DNA from: an uncultured Gemmatimonadaceae bacterium
GTDB lineage: Bacteria; Gemmatimonadota; Gemmatimonadetes; Gemmatimonadales; Gemmatimonadaceae
Direction of reading: 5' to 3'
Assembly (NCBI GenBank): GCA_963751275.1
Contig: CAVVTZ010000011.1
Location: forward strand, 32,001 to 96,000
DNA: 64,000 nucleotides
Below, piece by piece: positions 1 through 10,352 of the stretch. Numbering within the stretch: position 1 is the stretch's first letter; the number at the start of each line of letters is the position of its first letter. The notes below the pieces were generated by a model. That model was not told where the DNA came from, ran no database searches, and worked only from the letters and a program-made list of their open reading frames with translations. The position numbers and the translations under genes are program-made.

Positions 1-441
1 CGCGATGTCGGCGGTCTGCTTCGCGGCATCGCGCGGCAGCTCGGTCATCGCGCGCACCGTGAGGCCGTCCACTTTGCGGCCGATCTTGGCGGGATCGTCA
101 TCGTAGATCGCGAGGATCGTGAAGCCGCGCTCGCGAAAGCCGCCGTATTGCGCGAGTGCGACGCCGATCTTGCCGGCGCCGATGATCACCACGCGCCATT
201 CGCGCTCGAGACCGAGTATGCGGCGCAGCCGGCGCTCGAGCTCCGGCACCGAATAGCCGAGCCCGCGCTTGCCGAAGGAGCCGAAGAAGGACAGGTCCTT
301 CCGCACCTGGGCCGACGTGGTGCCGCCGCGCGCCGCGAGCTCATTGCTCGAGACGGTCGCGAGCCCCTTCGCCTCGAAATCCTCGAGGAACCGGAGATAG
401 AGCGAGAGGCGGCGGACGGTGGAATCGGCGATGCGCTTCAA
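1..441 (-). CDS. rex: Redox-sensing transcriptional repressor Rex (truncated by window edge; absent from ORF track)
   Basis: Manual translation from TTG at 441: MKRIADSTVRRLSLYLRFLE...TSAQVRKDLSFFGSFGKRGLGYSV...VVIIGAGKIG, i.e. the Rex winged helix plus Rossmann motif. Confidence 0.95.
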   Translation of the reverse strand, partial: MKRIADSTVRRLSLYLRFLEDFEAKGLATVSSNELAARGGTTSAQVRKDLSFFGSFGKRGLGYSVPELERRLRRILGLEREWRVVIIGAGKIGVALAQYGGFRERGFTILAIYDDDPAKIGRKVDGLTVRAMTELPRDAAKQTADIA

Positions 442-454
442 GGCAGGGAAGGGT

Positions 455-472
455 TTGTGAAATTGTTCACAA
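455..472. promoter_or_regulatory. Rex operator
   Basis: TTGTGAA-ATTG-TTCACAA, exact match to the Rex consensus TTGTGAAnnnnTTCACAA; overlaps a minus-strand -10 box TAACTT (476-471). Confidence 0.92.
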
Positions 473-573
473 GTTAAGAGACCAGCGCCCGCTTTGCCAG
501 CCGTGAACCCGCCGCCCGCGCCCGCCGCCCACCAACTCGTTCCGAACACCCCGCCTCCGGATTATCTTCGGTG

Positions 574-1812
574 ATGCCCGTCCACATCACCTCCGAGATC
601 GGCCGCCTCTCGTCGGTCCTCGTCCATACCCCCGGGCCCGAGCTCCTCGCCGTCACTCCCGCCACCCGCGACGACTACCTCTACGACGACATCATCGACG
701 TCGAGGCCGCGCAGCGCGAGCACCGCCGCTTCGTCGCGATCCTCGAGCGCTTCGCCAAGGTCCACCTCGTCACCGACCTGCTGGGCGAGGTCGCCGCGAA
801 CGCCGAAGCGCGCGAACTGCTCATGCGCGAGACCGCCGAGATCGTCGGTCCGTCGTCGCCGCTCGCCGCGAAGATCGCGCAGCGCCCACCCGCCGAGCTC
901 GTGCAGATGCTCATCGAGGGCGAGGCCGAGGATCCGGGGCCGCTCGCACGGTCGCTGAACGAGGTGGGCTACATGCTGCCGCCGCTGCCCAATCTCTTCT
1001 TCACGCGCGACACCGCGATGGTGGTCGGCGAGCACGTGATGATCGGCTCCATGCGCTACGGCGCGCGCTGGTCCGAAGAGCTGCTCATGAAGGCGCTCTT
1101 CCGCTATCACCCGGCGCTCGCGAACAAGGGGATCCTCTACGACGGCGCGGCCGAACGCCGGCACAACTACACGCTCGAAGGGGGCGACATCCATCCCCTC
1201 CGCTCGGACACGGTGCTCCTCGGCTTCAGCGAACGCACCAGCCCCGCCGCGATCGACACGATCACCGAGAAATTCTTCACGGAGACGACCGTCACCGACG
1301 TGATCATCGTGATCATGCCCACGGAGACGACCGCCATCCATTTGGACATGATCTTCACGCAGCTCGATCTGGAACTCTGCTCGATCTTCGCGCCCGCGTT
1401 CGTGGGCGCCGAGCGGCTCTCGATCCTGCACCGCCGCAAGGGGCAGCAGCAGATGAAGGAGATGCCGAACATCTTCGCCGCGCTGCAGGCGGTGAGCCTG
1501 CCCATGGAGCCGGTGTTCTGCGGCGGCGAGCGGCGCATCGTGCAGGAGCGCGAGCAGTGGGCGAGCGGCTGCAATTTCTTCGCGGTGCGTCCGGGCGTGG
1601 TGCTCTCGTACTCGCGCAACGAGACGACGCTCGGCGAGCTGGAGAAGATGGGCTTCCGTGTCGTGACCGCCGCGTCGTTCCTCACCGGCGACGATCGCTT
1701 GAAGGACGGCGACCGCGCGGTGATCAGCTTCGAGGGCGCTGAACTCGTGCGCGCCGGCGGCGGCGCGCGCTGCATGACGCTCCCCCTGGAGCGCGCCGAT
1801 CCGTGGGCCTGA
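574..1812 (+). CDS. arcA: Arginine deiminase
   Basis: SEIGRL, NLFFTRD, LEGGDI, HLD and C-terminal GGGARCMTLPL motifs. Confidence 0.92.
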   Translation: MPVHITSEIGRLSSVLVHTPGPELLAVTPATRDDYLYDDIIDVEAAQREHRRFVAILERFAKVHLVTDLLGEVAANAEARELLMRETAEIVGPSSPLAAKIAQRPPAELVQMLIEGEAEDPGPLARSLNEVGYMLPPLPNLFFTRDTAMVVGEHVMIGSMRYGARWSEELLMKALFRYHPALANKGILYDGAAERRHNYTLEGGDIHPLRSDTVLLGFSERTSPAAIDTITEKFFTETTVTDVIIVIMPTETTAIHLDMIFTQLDLELCSIFAPAFVGAERLSILHRRKGQQQMKEMPNIFAALQAVSLPMEPVFCGGERRIVQEREQWASGCNFFAVRPGVVLSYSRNETTLGELEKMGFRVVTAASFLTGDDRLKDGDRAVISFEGAELVRAGGGARCMTLPLERADPWA

Positions 1813-2724
1813 GCACGCGTCCCGCCGAAACGCTGCTGACGGAGCGTGCGCTCGAACTCCTCGCCCGCGGCCCCGCACACGCTGTGCCGCTCATCGAATA
1901 CGTGTGCCAAATGCCCGGCGCGCCCAAGGTGGTCGCCGAACAGAATGGCGCTCGCCCTGTTCGCCGACCGCGCGGAGTTCACGCGCGATGAGGACGGCCG
2001 CTGGCAACTGGCTGAAGGCGCGGTCGTCCCCGTCGTGGCCGTTCCGCAGGCCTCAGTCGTCAGTCGTCAATCGAGATCCGCCGTCCGCCCTTTGAAGGAT
2101 CTCACCTACGCCGTGATCGACGTCGAGACCACCGGCATGGCCGCCACCGACGGCGACCGCGTCACCGAGATCGCCGTCGTCGTCGTGCGCGACGGCCAGA
2201 TCGCCGAGACCTTCGACTCCCTCATCAATCCCGAGCGCCCGATCCCGCCGTTCATCACGTCGCTGACGCACATCTCGTGGGAGATGGTGAAGGACGCGCC
2301 GCGCTTCGCCGACATCGTGGACGATCTGCTCCAGGTGATGAAGGGCCACGTCTTCGTCGCGCACAACGCCGACTTCGACTGGCGCTTCGTGCGCGCCGAG
2401 GTCGAGCGCGCCACCGGGCGGCGCCTCACCGGCCCCAAGCTGTGCACGGTGAAGCTCGCGCGACGCGTGCTGCCGCACCTGCCCAGCCGCCGGCTCGACG
2501 CGCTCGCGCACCACTATGGCGTGGCCAACGACGCGCGCCACCGTGCGATGGGCGACGCCGCCGCCACGGCGCAGATCCTGCTGCGGCTGCTCGGCGCGGC
2601 GCGCGAGCGCGAGTGTCACACCTGGGCCGATCTGCAGGAATTCCTCGGCGCGCGCGCTCGCGGCAACCGCCCGCAGGGCCGTTCGGGGATGCCGGGCCCC
2701 GTGCGCGAGGATGGCTCCGCATGA
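1803..2724 (+). CDS. DEDDh 3'-5' exonuclease (DNA pol III epsilon-like); apparent frameshift near 1944; start uncertain
   Basis: DVETTG, AHNADFD and HRAMGDA motifs; N-terminal part lies in ORF 1803-1991. Confidence 0.85.
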
Positions 2725-3605
2725 GCGCGCCCACGCCGCTCGTCGAGCGCATCACCGTGGGCGCCTACACCGTGCACCTGCTGCAGGCCGGCGGACAGCG
2801 GTTGGATGGCGGCGCAATGTTCGGCGTCGTCCCCAAGCCGCTCTGGGAACGCCGCATCGCGGCCGACGCGCGCAACCGCATCCAGCTGGGCATGCAATGC
2901 CTGCTGATCGAGCACGACTCGGGGCTGATCGTGGTCGACAATGGGGCGGGGAACAAGGAGAGCGAGAAATTCCTCGACATCTACGGCATCGAGAACGTGG
3001 GCGAAGGCGGCCGCACGATGTTCGAGGCCGCGCTCGCGCAGACGGGGCACAAGGCCGAGGATGTCGTGCTGGTGATCGACAGCCATCTCCATTTCGATCA
3101 TGCGGGCGGCAACACGTACCGCGATGCGGAAGGAAAGGTGCATCTCACCTTCCCGAACGCGCGCTACGTGGTGCAACGCGGGGAGTACGCGTACGCGACG
3201 CATACGAACGAGCGCACGGCCGCGAGCTATTTCCCGCACAACTTCGTGCCCGTGCTCGAGGCCGGGCGCTTCGATCTCGTGGAAGGCGAGAAGGAGATCG
3301 TGCCCGGCGTGCGTGTGATCCCCACGCCCGGGCACACGCCGCACCATCAGGGGATCCTGCTGTCGTCGCGCGGCGAGCACGCGTTCTTCCTCGCCGATCT
3401 CGTGCCGACCTCGGCGCACCTCCCGCTGCCGTGGATCATGGGCTACGATGTGGAGCCGCTCGTCACGCTCGAGACCAAGCGCCGCGTCCTGAAGCGCGCG
3501 CTGGATGAAGGCTGGCGGATGATCTTCGAACACGACGCGACCGTCTCGAACGGGCGGCTCGCGCATGATGGCAAGACCTACTCGCTCGCTCCGGAGGCTC
3601 CATGA
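2721..3605 (+). CDS. MBL-fold metallohydrolase (YtnP-like)
   Basis: LDGGAMFGVVPKPLW, HLHFDHAGG and TPGHT motifs; ATG overlaps upstream stop. Confidence 0.9.
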   Translation: MSAPTPLVERITVGAYTVHLLQAGGQRLDGGAMFGVVPKPLWERRIAADARNRIQLGMQCLLIEHDSGLIVVDNGAGNKESEKFLDIYGIENVGEGGRTMFEAALAQTGHKAEDVVLVIDSHLHFDHAGGNTYRDAEGKVHLTFPNARYVVQRGEYAYATHTNERTAASYFPHNFVPVLEAGRFDLVEGEKEIVPGVRVIPTPGHTPHHQGILLSSRGEHAFFLADLVPTSAHLPLPWIMGYDVEPLVTLETKRRVLKRALDEGWRMIFEHDATVSNGRLAHDGKTYSLAPEAP

Positions 3606-4951
3606 TGGTCCGCGTCCGCACTGCGCTCGCACTCGCCGCCGTACTCGGCACGTCGCCGCTCAACGCACAGAACCCCGACACGGCGCAGCTGCGCGCCATG
3701 GTCGACAAGGCGACGGCGACGGTGATGCCGCAGGTGGTCGCGTGGCGGCGCGACATCCACGAGCACCCGGAGCTGGGCAACCGCGAATTCCGCACGTCGG
3801 CGCTCGTCGCGGCGCAGCTCACGAAACTCGGCCTCTCGGTGCGCACCGGCGTCGCGCACACCGGCGTCGTCGGCGTGCTCGTGGGCGGCAAGAAGGGCCC
3901 GGTGGTCGCGCTGCGCGCCGACATGGACGCGCTGCCGGTGACGGAGCAGGTGGACCTGCCGTTCAAGTCCACCGTGAAGACGCAGTACAACGGACAGGAA
4001 GTGGGCGTGATGCACGCATGCGGGCACGACAATCACGTCGCGATCCTGCTCGGCGTGGCGACGGTGCTCGCGGGCATGAAGGCCGATCTGCCCGGCACGG
4101 TGGTGTTCATCTTCCAGCCGGCCGAGGAGGGCCCGCCCGCGGGCGAGGACGGCGGTGCATCGCTCATGATCAAGGAGGGCGCGCTGCAGAACCCCGCGCC
4201 CGAGGCGATCTTCGGCCTGCACGTGTGGACCAACACCACCGGTGACATCGATCTGCGCCCCGGTTCGCTCATGGCGAGCGCGGCCGGCCTCAAGATCGTG
4301 GTGCACGGCAAGCAGACGCATGGCGCGCAGCCGTGGCGCGGCGTCGATCCCATCGTGGTGGCGTCGCAGATCGTGCTCGGGTTGCAGACGATCACGAGCC
4401 GCGAGCTCGACCTGCGCAAGGGCGCCGCGGTGATCACCGTGGGTTCGATCAACGGCGGCAACCGCGGGAACATCATCCCCGATAGCGTCGTGATGATCGG
4501 CACCGTGCGCACGTTCCAGCCGGGGATGGAGAAGCAGATCGCCGACCTCGTGAAGCGCACGGCGGAGGGGATCGCGGCGAGCGCGGGCGCGACGGCCACC
4601 ACCGAAGTGGAAGGCGGCTACGAGCCGACGATCAACGATCCGGCGCTGGTCGCGAAGATGCTCCCCTCGCTGCGGCGCGTGGCCGGCTCGAAGGTGAACG
4701 CCGACATGACGCCGCTCACGCCGTCGGAGGATTTCTCGGCGTACGCGGAGAAGATCCCGGGGATGTTCTTCTTCCTGGGCGTCGTGCCGCCGGGCACCGA
4801 TCCGCTCACGGCGCCGCCGAACCATTCGCCGTATTTCTTCGCGGATGAGGCGGCGCTGCCGGTGGGCGTGCGCGCGCTGGCGAGCCTCACCGTGGACTAC
4901 TTGGCGAGCGGCGGGATGAAGAAGGGCGGGGTGAAGATCAGCGGGCGTTGA
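3602..4951 (+). CDS. Secreted M20D-family amidohydrolase
   Basis: Signal peptide; HEHPEL, RADMDALP, MHACGHD, FQPAEEG and SEDFS motifs. Confidence 0.9.
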   Translation: MMVRVRTALALAAVLGTSPLNAQNPDTAQLRAMVDKATATVMPQVVAWRRDIHEHPELGNREFRTSALVAAQLTKLGLSVRTGVAHTGVVGVLVGGKKGPVVALRADMDALPVTEQVDLPFKSTVKTQYNGQEVGVMHACGHDNHVAILLGVATVLAGMKADLPGTVVFIFQPAEEGPPAGEDGGASLMIKEGALQNPAPEAIFGLHVWTNTTGDIDLRPGSLMASAAGLKIVVHGKQTHGAQPWRGVDPIVVASQIVLGLQTITSRELDLRKGAAVITVGSINGGNRGNIIPDSVVMIGTVRTFQPGMEKQIADLVKRTAEGIAASAGATATTEVEGGYEPTINDPALVAKMLPSLRRVAGSKVNADMTPLTPSEDFSAYAEKIPGMFFFLGVVPPGTDPLTAPPNHSPYFFADEAALPVGVRALASLTVDYLASGGMKKGGVKISGR

Positions 4952-4975
4952 CTTCGAGACGGAGCGCGCTAAATT
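4948..4975 (+). promoter_or_regulatory. Sigma70-type promoter of the infC operon
   Basis: TTGACT-N16-TAAATT. Confidence 0.55.
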
Positions 4976-4989
4976 CCGCCGTCACAACA

Positions 4990-5140
4990 GAGTAAGTAGA
5001 GCGGCGACCACCGCTCTCACCCTCCGGCCCTCGCTCTGGCGAGGTGTGCTGCAGGAGTCGTCGGTCGGCCGCCGCCCGCGTTTTCGGGGCGCAGTGCCGT
5101 CCATCGCGGACTCCGGAGAGTGGTGTCCGCGATTTTTTTG
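4990..5140 (+). ncRNA. L20-leader-like cis-regulatory RNA with intrinsic terminator
   Basis: AAGTAGAGCGG..CCGCTCTCACC hairpin resembling the Firmicute infC/L20 leader; ends in stem ATCGCGGAC/GTCCGCGAT followed by a T run; upstream of infC-rpmI-rplT. Confidence 0.65.
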
Positions 5141-5164
5141 TCTCTTTGATTAGGAGCAGCGCCC

Positions 5165-5680
5165 ATTCAGGACAGCACGAAGCGCGTACGCGTGAACCGG
5201 CAGATCCGCATCAGTCCCGTGCGTGTGATCGGCGCCGATGGCAGCCAGTTGGGGATCCTCGAACTCGAAGCAGCGCTCGCGCAGGCCGAAGCGGCCGGAC
5301 TCGATCTGGTCGAAGTCGCGGCGACGGCGCGGCCGCCGGTGGTCCGGATCATGGACTACGGCAAGTTCAAGTTCGAAGCAGCGAAGCAGGCGCGGATCGC
5401 GAAGAAGAAGCAGCACGTCATCCAGCTGAAAGAGGTGAAGTACCGGCCCGGCATCGACGATCACGATTTCGATACCAAGACCCGGCACGCGCGCCGCTTC
5501 CTGGGGGAAGGCAACAAGGTGAAGGTGACGATGATGTTCCGCGGGCGGCAGATGGCCCACCCCGAGCTCGGCAAGGTCGTGCTCGACCGGGTGGTGAAGG
5601 ACCTGGCGGACATCTCGAAGATCGAGACCGATGCGAAACTCGAAGGCAAGAACATGACGATGATCCTGACGCCGAAGTGA
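5165..5680 (+). CDS. infC: Translation initiation factor IF-3 (ATT start)
   Basis: IF-3 motifs ([21 protein letters not shown]); AGGAG followed by in-frame ATT at 5165. Confidence 0.95.
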   Translation: MQDSTKRVRVNRQIRISPVRVIGADGSQLGILELEAALAQAEAAGLDLVEVAATARPPVVRIMDYGKFKFEAAKQARIAKKKQHVIQLKEVKYRPGIDDHDFDTKTRHARRFLGEGNKVKVTMMFRGRQMAHPELGKVVLDRVVKDLADISKIETDAKLEGKNMTMILTPK

Positions 5681-5693
5681 GGCGAATCGACCG

Positions 5694-5888
5694 ATGAAGA
5701 TGAAGACGCACAAGGGCGCGAAGAAGCGCTTCAAGCTGACCGGTTCCGGCAAGGTCAAGCGCGGCAAGGCCGACAAGAGCCACATCCTGACCAAGAAGAC
5801 ATCCAAGCGGAAGCGGCACATGCGCCGTGCCGGCGAGATCGCGACGCCGGGCGACCAGAAGCGCATCAAGCGCCTCATTCAGGCGTAA
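5694..5888 (+). CDS. rpmI: 50S ribosomal protein L35
   Basis: [19 protein letters not shown]; synteny. Confidence 0.97.
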   Translation: MKMKTHKGAKKRFKLTGSGKVKRGKADKSHILTKKTSKRKRHMRRAGEIATPGDQKRIKRLIQA

Positions 5889-5898
5889 GGAGACTCCC

Positions 5899-6261
5899 AT
5901 GCCTCGCGTCAAATCGAACGTCGTGCGCCTGAAGCGCAAGAAGGGGATCATGAAGGCCGCGCGCGGCGGGTTCGGCGCGCGCACCAAGCTGTGGAAGGCC
6001 GCCAAGGAGACCGTCGAGCGCGGCTGGAAGTACGCGTACCGGGACCGCAAGAACAAGAAGCGCGAGTTCCGGAAGCTCTGGATCATGCGCATCAACGCCG
6101 GCGCGCGGCAGCACGACATGAGCTACAACGTGTTCATGAACGGGCTGAAGAAGGCGGGCGTCGAAGTCGACCGGAAGATCCTCGCCGATCTCGCGGTGCA
6201 GGATCCCGTCGCGTTCGGGGTGCTGGCGGATAAGGCGAGGGCGGCGGTGACGGCTGCGTAG
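5899..6261 (+). CDS. rplT: 50S ribosomal protein L20
   Basis: MPRVK...YAYRDRKNKKREFRKLWIMRINA. Confidence 0.97.
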   Translation: MPRVKSNVVRLKRKKGIMKAARGGFGARTKLWKAAKETVERGWKYAYRDRKNKKREFRKLWIMRINAGARQHDMSYNVFMNGLKKAGVEVDRKILADLAVQDPVAFGVLADKARAAVTAA

Positions 6262-6354
6262 TTGTCGTACTAGACGCCATACGCTAGACGCTTTGCTTTG
6301 CGGCGGTAGGCGCGACTATGTCGCGACTGCCGCCGTGACGTATCTTGGAGCATC

Positions 6355-7383
6355 ATGACTCTCGGGGAATTCCAGGAGGCGGCGAAGGACCTCGAAGGGG
6401 ACGGGCTCGCGATGATCGCGGCGGCGCAGGATGCCGCGGCGCTCACGGCGGCGCGCAACGCGCTCGTCGGCCGGAAGAGCGGGCGGCTCACCGAGCTCAT
6501 GGGGACGCTCGCGACGCTGCCGCCGGATGCGCGGCGCGAAGCGGGCGCTGCGGCGAATCGCGTGAAGCAGGCGCTCGAAGCGGCGCTCGACGAGCGCACC
6601 GCCGCGCTCGCGGCCGCGGCGCCGGCGGGTCCGGCGCTCGATCCCACGATGCCGCCGCGGCGCATGTGGCGCGGCGCGAAGCATCCGGTCACCGTCGTCC
6701 TCGAGGAGATCCAGGAGATCTTCCGCGAGATCGGCTTCACGATCGCGACGGGGCCCGAGGCCGAAACGGAGTGGTACAACTTCGGCGCACTCAATTTCCC
6801 CGCCGACCATCCGGCGATGGACATGCACGACACGCTGTACCTCGAGGGCGGCGCGCTGCTGCGCACCCACACCTCGCCGGTGCAGGTGCGCACGCTGCAG
6901 GGGTACGCGCCGCCGATCCGCATTCTCGCGCCGGGCAACGTCTACCGGCGCGACTTCTTCGACGCGTCGCACGCGCCGATGTTCGCGCAGCTCGAAGGGA
7001 TGGCCGTCGATGAGGGGATCTCCTTCGTCGATCTCAAGGCCACGCTCACGCATTTCGCGAACCGTTTCTTCGGCGCGACCAAGACGCGCTTCCGGCCGAG
7101 CTACTTCCCGTTCACGGAACCGTCCGCGGAGATGGACGTCACGTGCGGCGTCTGCCACGGCAGCGGCTGCGCGGCGTGCAAGGGCACGGGCTGGATCGAG
7201 ATCCTCGGCTCGGGCCTCATGCATCCGGCGGTGCTCGACAACGCCGGCATCGACTCGACGCGCTACAGCGGCTGGGCCTTCGGCATGGGCCCGGCGCGCA
7301 TCGCGCTCGCGCGCTACGGCATTCCGGACATCCGCCTGCTGTACGATTCCAATGTCGCCGTGCTGGAGCAGTTCGCCTCATGA
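6355..7383 (+). CDS. pheS: Phenylalanyl-tRNA synthetase alpha subunit
   Basis: HPAMDMHDT, LLRTHTSPVQ, FRPSYFPFTEPS motifs. Confidence 0.97.
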   Translation: MTLGEFQEAAKDLEGDGLAMIAAAQDAAALTAARNALVGRKSGRLTELMGTLATLPPDARREAGAAANRVKQALEAALDERTAALAAAAPAGPALDPTMPPRRMWRGAKHPVTVVLEEIQEIFREIGFTIATGPEAETEWYNFGALNFPADHPAMDMHDTLYLEGGALLRTHTSPVQVRTLQGYAPPIRILAPGNVYRRDFFDASHAPMFAQLEGMAVDEGISFVDLKATLTHFANRFFGATKTRFRPSYFPFTEPSAEMDVTCGVCHGSGCAACKGTGWIEILGSGLMHPAVLDNAGIDSTRYSGWAFGMGPARIALARYGIPDIRLLYDSNVAVLEQFAS

Positions 7384-9802
7384 ACGCGTCGCACGCCTGG
7401 CTGCAGTCGTTCATCGCGGCGCCGCTCACCGCGGAGCAGATGCGCGATCTCATCACCGCGCGCTGCTGCCCGGTGGATGAGCTCGTGAAGCTGCGCGACG
7501 ATCTGCGCGAAGTGGTGATCGGTCTCGTCGTGGAAGCGTCGAAGCATCCTGACTCGGATCATCTCTCGGTCACCAAGGTCGATGCCGGCACGGGCGAATT
7601 GCTCGACGTCGTCTGCGGCGCGCCGAACGTCACGGCGGGCAAGAAATATCCGTTCGCGCCGGCGGGCTCGACGCTGCCGGGCGGGCTCAAGCTCGAGAAG
7701 CGGAAGATCCGCGGCGCGGTCTCGAACGGCATGCTCTGCTCGGCGCGCGAGCTCGGCTTGTCCGACGAGCACGTGGGGATCCTCGAGCTCGACACCGACG
7801 CCGCGCCGGGCACGCCATTCCTCAAGGCGATGCCCATCGGCGACACGCGCATCGTCGTTGACGTCACGCCGAACCGGCCGGATCTCCTCTCGCATTTCGG
7901 CATCGCGCGCGAGCTCGCGGCGGCCACGGATGGCGAGGTGCACCTGCCGGAGCTGGCCGGTGTGGCGGCGATCGATGTCGCGGCGCCCGTGCACCATGTG
8001 GGCGGAGGCGGCGGCCGGGGGCGTGCGCGTGGCGCTCGAGGATCCCGCGGGCGCGCCGCGCTACATGGGCGTGGTCATTCGCGGCGTGAAGATCGGCGCG
8101 AGTCCGTCTTGGCTCGTGGAACGATTGGCCGCCGTTGGCAGCCGGTCGATCAACAACGTGGTGGATGTCACGAACTATCTGCTGCACGAGCTCGGGCAGC
8201 CGATGCACGCGTTCGACGTGAAGAAGCTCGGCGGCAACGCGGTGATCGTCCGGCGCGCGAAGCCGGGTGAGAAGCTCACCACGCTCGACGGCGTGGAGCG
8301 CGCGCTTACCGAGAGTATGACTGTGATCGCCGATGCGCAGCGCGCGCAGGCGGTGGCGGGCGTCATGGGCGGGCACGACAGCGAGGTGACCGATGCGACC
8401 ACCGATCTCTTCCTCGAAGTCGCGAACTTCGACGCCGCGAGCGTGCGCCGCACGCGCCGCGCGCTGAACCTCACGACCGACGCGAGCTACCGCTTCGAGC
8501 GCGGCGTGGATCCGGAATTGCCGCCTCGCGCGCTCGTGCGCGCCGTGCGCATGCTGCTCGCGCTCGCGGGCGGCGAAGTCGATGGCGCGCCGGTGGACCT
8601 GCATCCCGCGCCGCGTTCGCGCGTGCGCATCGAGCTCGACCCCGCGCGCGTGGGTGCGCTGCTCGGCGACGCGCTCCCCACGCCGCGCATCGCGCAGCTG
8701 CTGCGCAGCGTCGGGTTCGAGGTCGCGGATGGCGGCGCGAAGCAGCTCGCGGTGATCGTCCCCAGCTGGCGTCCCGAATGTGACGGGCGCGGTGGATCTC
8801 CTCGAGGAGGTCGCGCGCCTGCACGGCTACGATGCGCTGCCCGGCGACATTCGCGCGTTCCGTCCGGGCACGGTGCCCGATTCGCCGGTGGAGGTCGTGA
8901 GCCGCCGCGTGCGCGATGCGCTCGTGGCCGCCGGCCTGCTCGAGGCGCGTCCGCTCCCGTTCGTGAAGGGCGCGGCCACGGGCTACGTGCGCGTGATGAA
9001 TCCGCTCGCCGCCGACGAACCCTACCTGCGCCGCCACGTGCTCGAGTCGCTCGTGCGAGCGGGCGAGCACAACCTGGCGCAGATGCATCGCGATGTGCGG
9101 CTGTTCGAGATCGGCGCCGCGTTCGCGCCCGCGGACGGTCCGCTGCCGCGCGAGGAGATGCGCGCCGCTGCGCTGCTCATGGGCCACCGCCGTCCTCCGC
9201 ACTTCACGGAGCCCAAGCCGCCCGACTTCGATGAGTGGGATGCGCGCGCGATCGCCGAGCTGATGGCGCGCGAGGCGTTCCCCGATGCAACGATCGAATT
9301 CCGCGGCAGCACCGCGCCCGAGCTCTGGCAGATCATCGCGAACGGCGAGATGCGCGGCGTCGTCACGCGCCTCACGCTCGACGCGCCCGTCTGGGCGGCG
9401 CCGGCCTTCGGCGTGGAGCTCACGCTCATGCTCGTCGCGAATGCCGCTGTCGTTCGCGCCGAGAGTCGAGCGCCGGGCGCCGAGGTCCGCCGTTCCCGCT
9501 ATCGTCCGCTCCCCACCACCCCGGCCGCCGACTTCGATCTCAGCCTCCTGGTCGCGAACGACATGCCTGTCGCGCGCGTCGAGGCCGTGATGCGCGCCGC
9601 CGCCGGCGAACTGCTCGAGCGTCTCGAATTGCTCAGCGAGTTCCGCGGCGCCGGCGTTCCCGAGGGGATGCGCAGCGTCGCTTGGCGATTGACGTTCCGC
9701 CATGCGGAGCGCACTCTCAAGGAGAAGGAGATCGCCGGCCGGCGCGACAAGGTGATCAAATCCCTCGACGGAGAGCTCGGTGTCCGACAGCGAACGACCT
9801 GA
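7380..9802 (+). CDS. pheT: Phenylalanyl-tRNA synthetase beta subunit; apparent frameshifts near 7998 and 8778
   Basis: tRNA-binding (VVCGAPNV), B3/4 (INNVVDVTNY, SYRFERGVD), B5 (DLLEEVARLHGYD) and FDX-ACB segments spread over three frames. Confidence 0.93.
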
Positions 9803-10067
9803 CCAGGCCGCACTCAAAGAGCTCGACCAGCTCATCCAGGCACTTGGCGACGAGATGGCCGCGTGGCGCCGCCGCGCGCACGAGGCCGAGGCGCGGCTGA
9901 AGGAAGTCGCCCCCGGCGCCCTCAAGAACCTCGGCACCGGCCCCGGCATCGACGCGCTCGAGAAGGAGAACCGCGAATTGAAACACCGCCTCGACGCCGC
10001 GAAGAAGCGCACCAAGCAGCTGCTCGACCGCGTGCGCTTCCTGCGGCAGCAGGGAGCCGAGCGATGA
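9780..10067 (+). CDS. Coiled-coil protein, ZapB-like
   Basis: Short all-helical coiled coil between pheT and zapA. Confidence 0.6.
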   Translation: MSDSERPDQAALKELDQLIQALGDEMAAWRRRAHEAEARLKEVAPGALKNLGTGPGIDALEKENRELKHRLDAAKKRTKQLLDRVRFLRQQGAER

Positions 10068-10351
10068 GCAAGAAGAACTCGGTGAAGGTGACGATCGTCG
10101 GCGAGGACTTCACGCTGCGCAGCGACGATCCGCCGGAGCACACCATGTCCGCCGCCGCGCACGTGGACAAGACGATCCGCTCCGTGCAGAACGCCGGCGC
10201 CGCGGCCGACCCGCGCAAGGCGGCGATCCTCGCGGCGCTCCAGATCACGGATGAACTGCTCAAGGAGCGGGAACTGCGCGACCGGTTCGCCGATGAGCTC
10301 AAGGCGCTGAGCGCCGAGGTGAAGCGGATGCTGCCGCCGGCGAAACGCTGA
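10064..10351 (+). CDS. zapA: Cell division protein ZapA
   Basis: VKVTIVGEDFTLRS...AAILAALQITDEL; pheT-zapA-rny synteny. Confidence 0.88.
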   Translation: MSKKNSVKVTIVGEDFTLRSDDPPEHTMSAAAHVDKTIRSVQNAGAAADPRKAAILAALQITDELLKERELRDRFADELKALSAEVKRMLPPAKR

Positions 10352-10352
10352 C

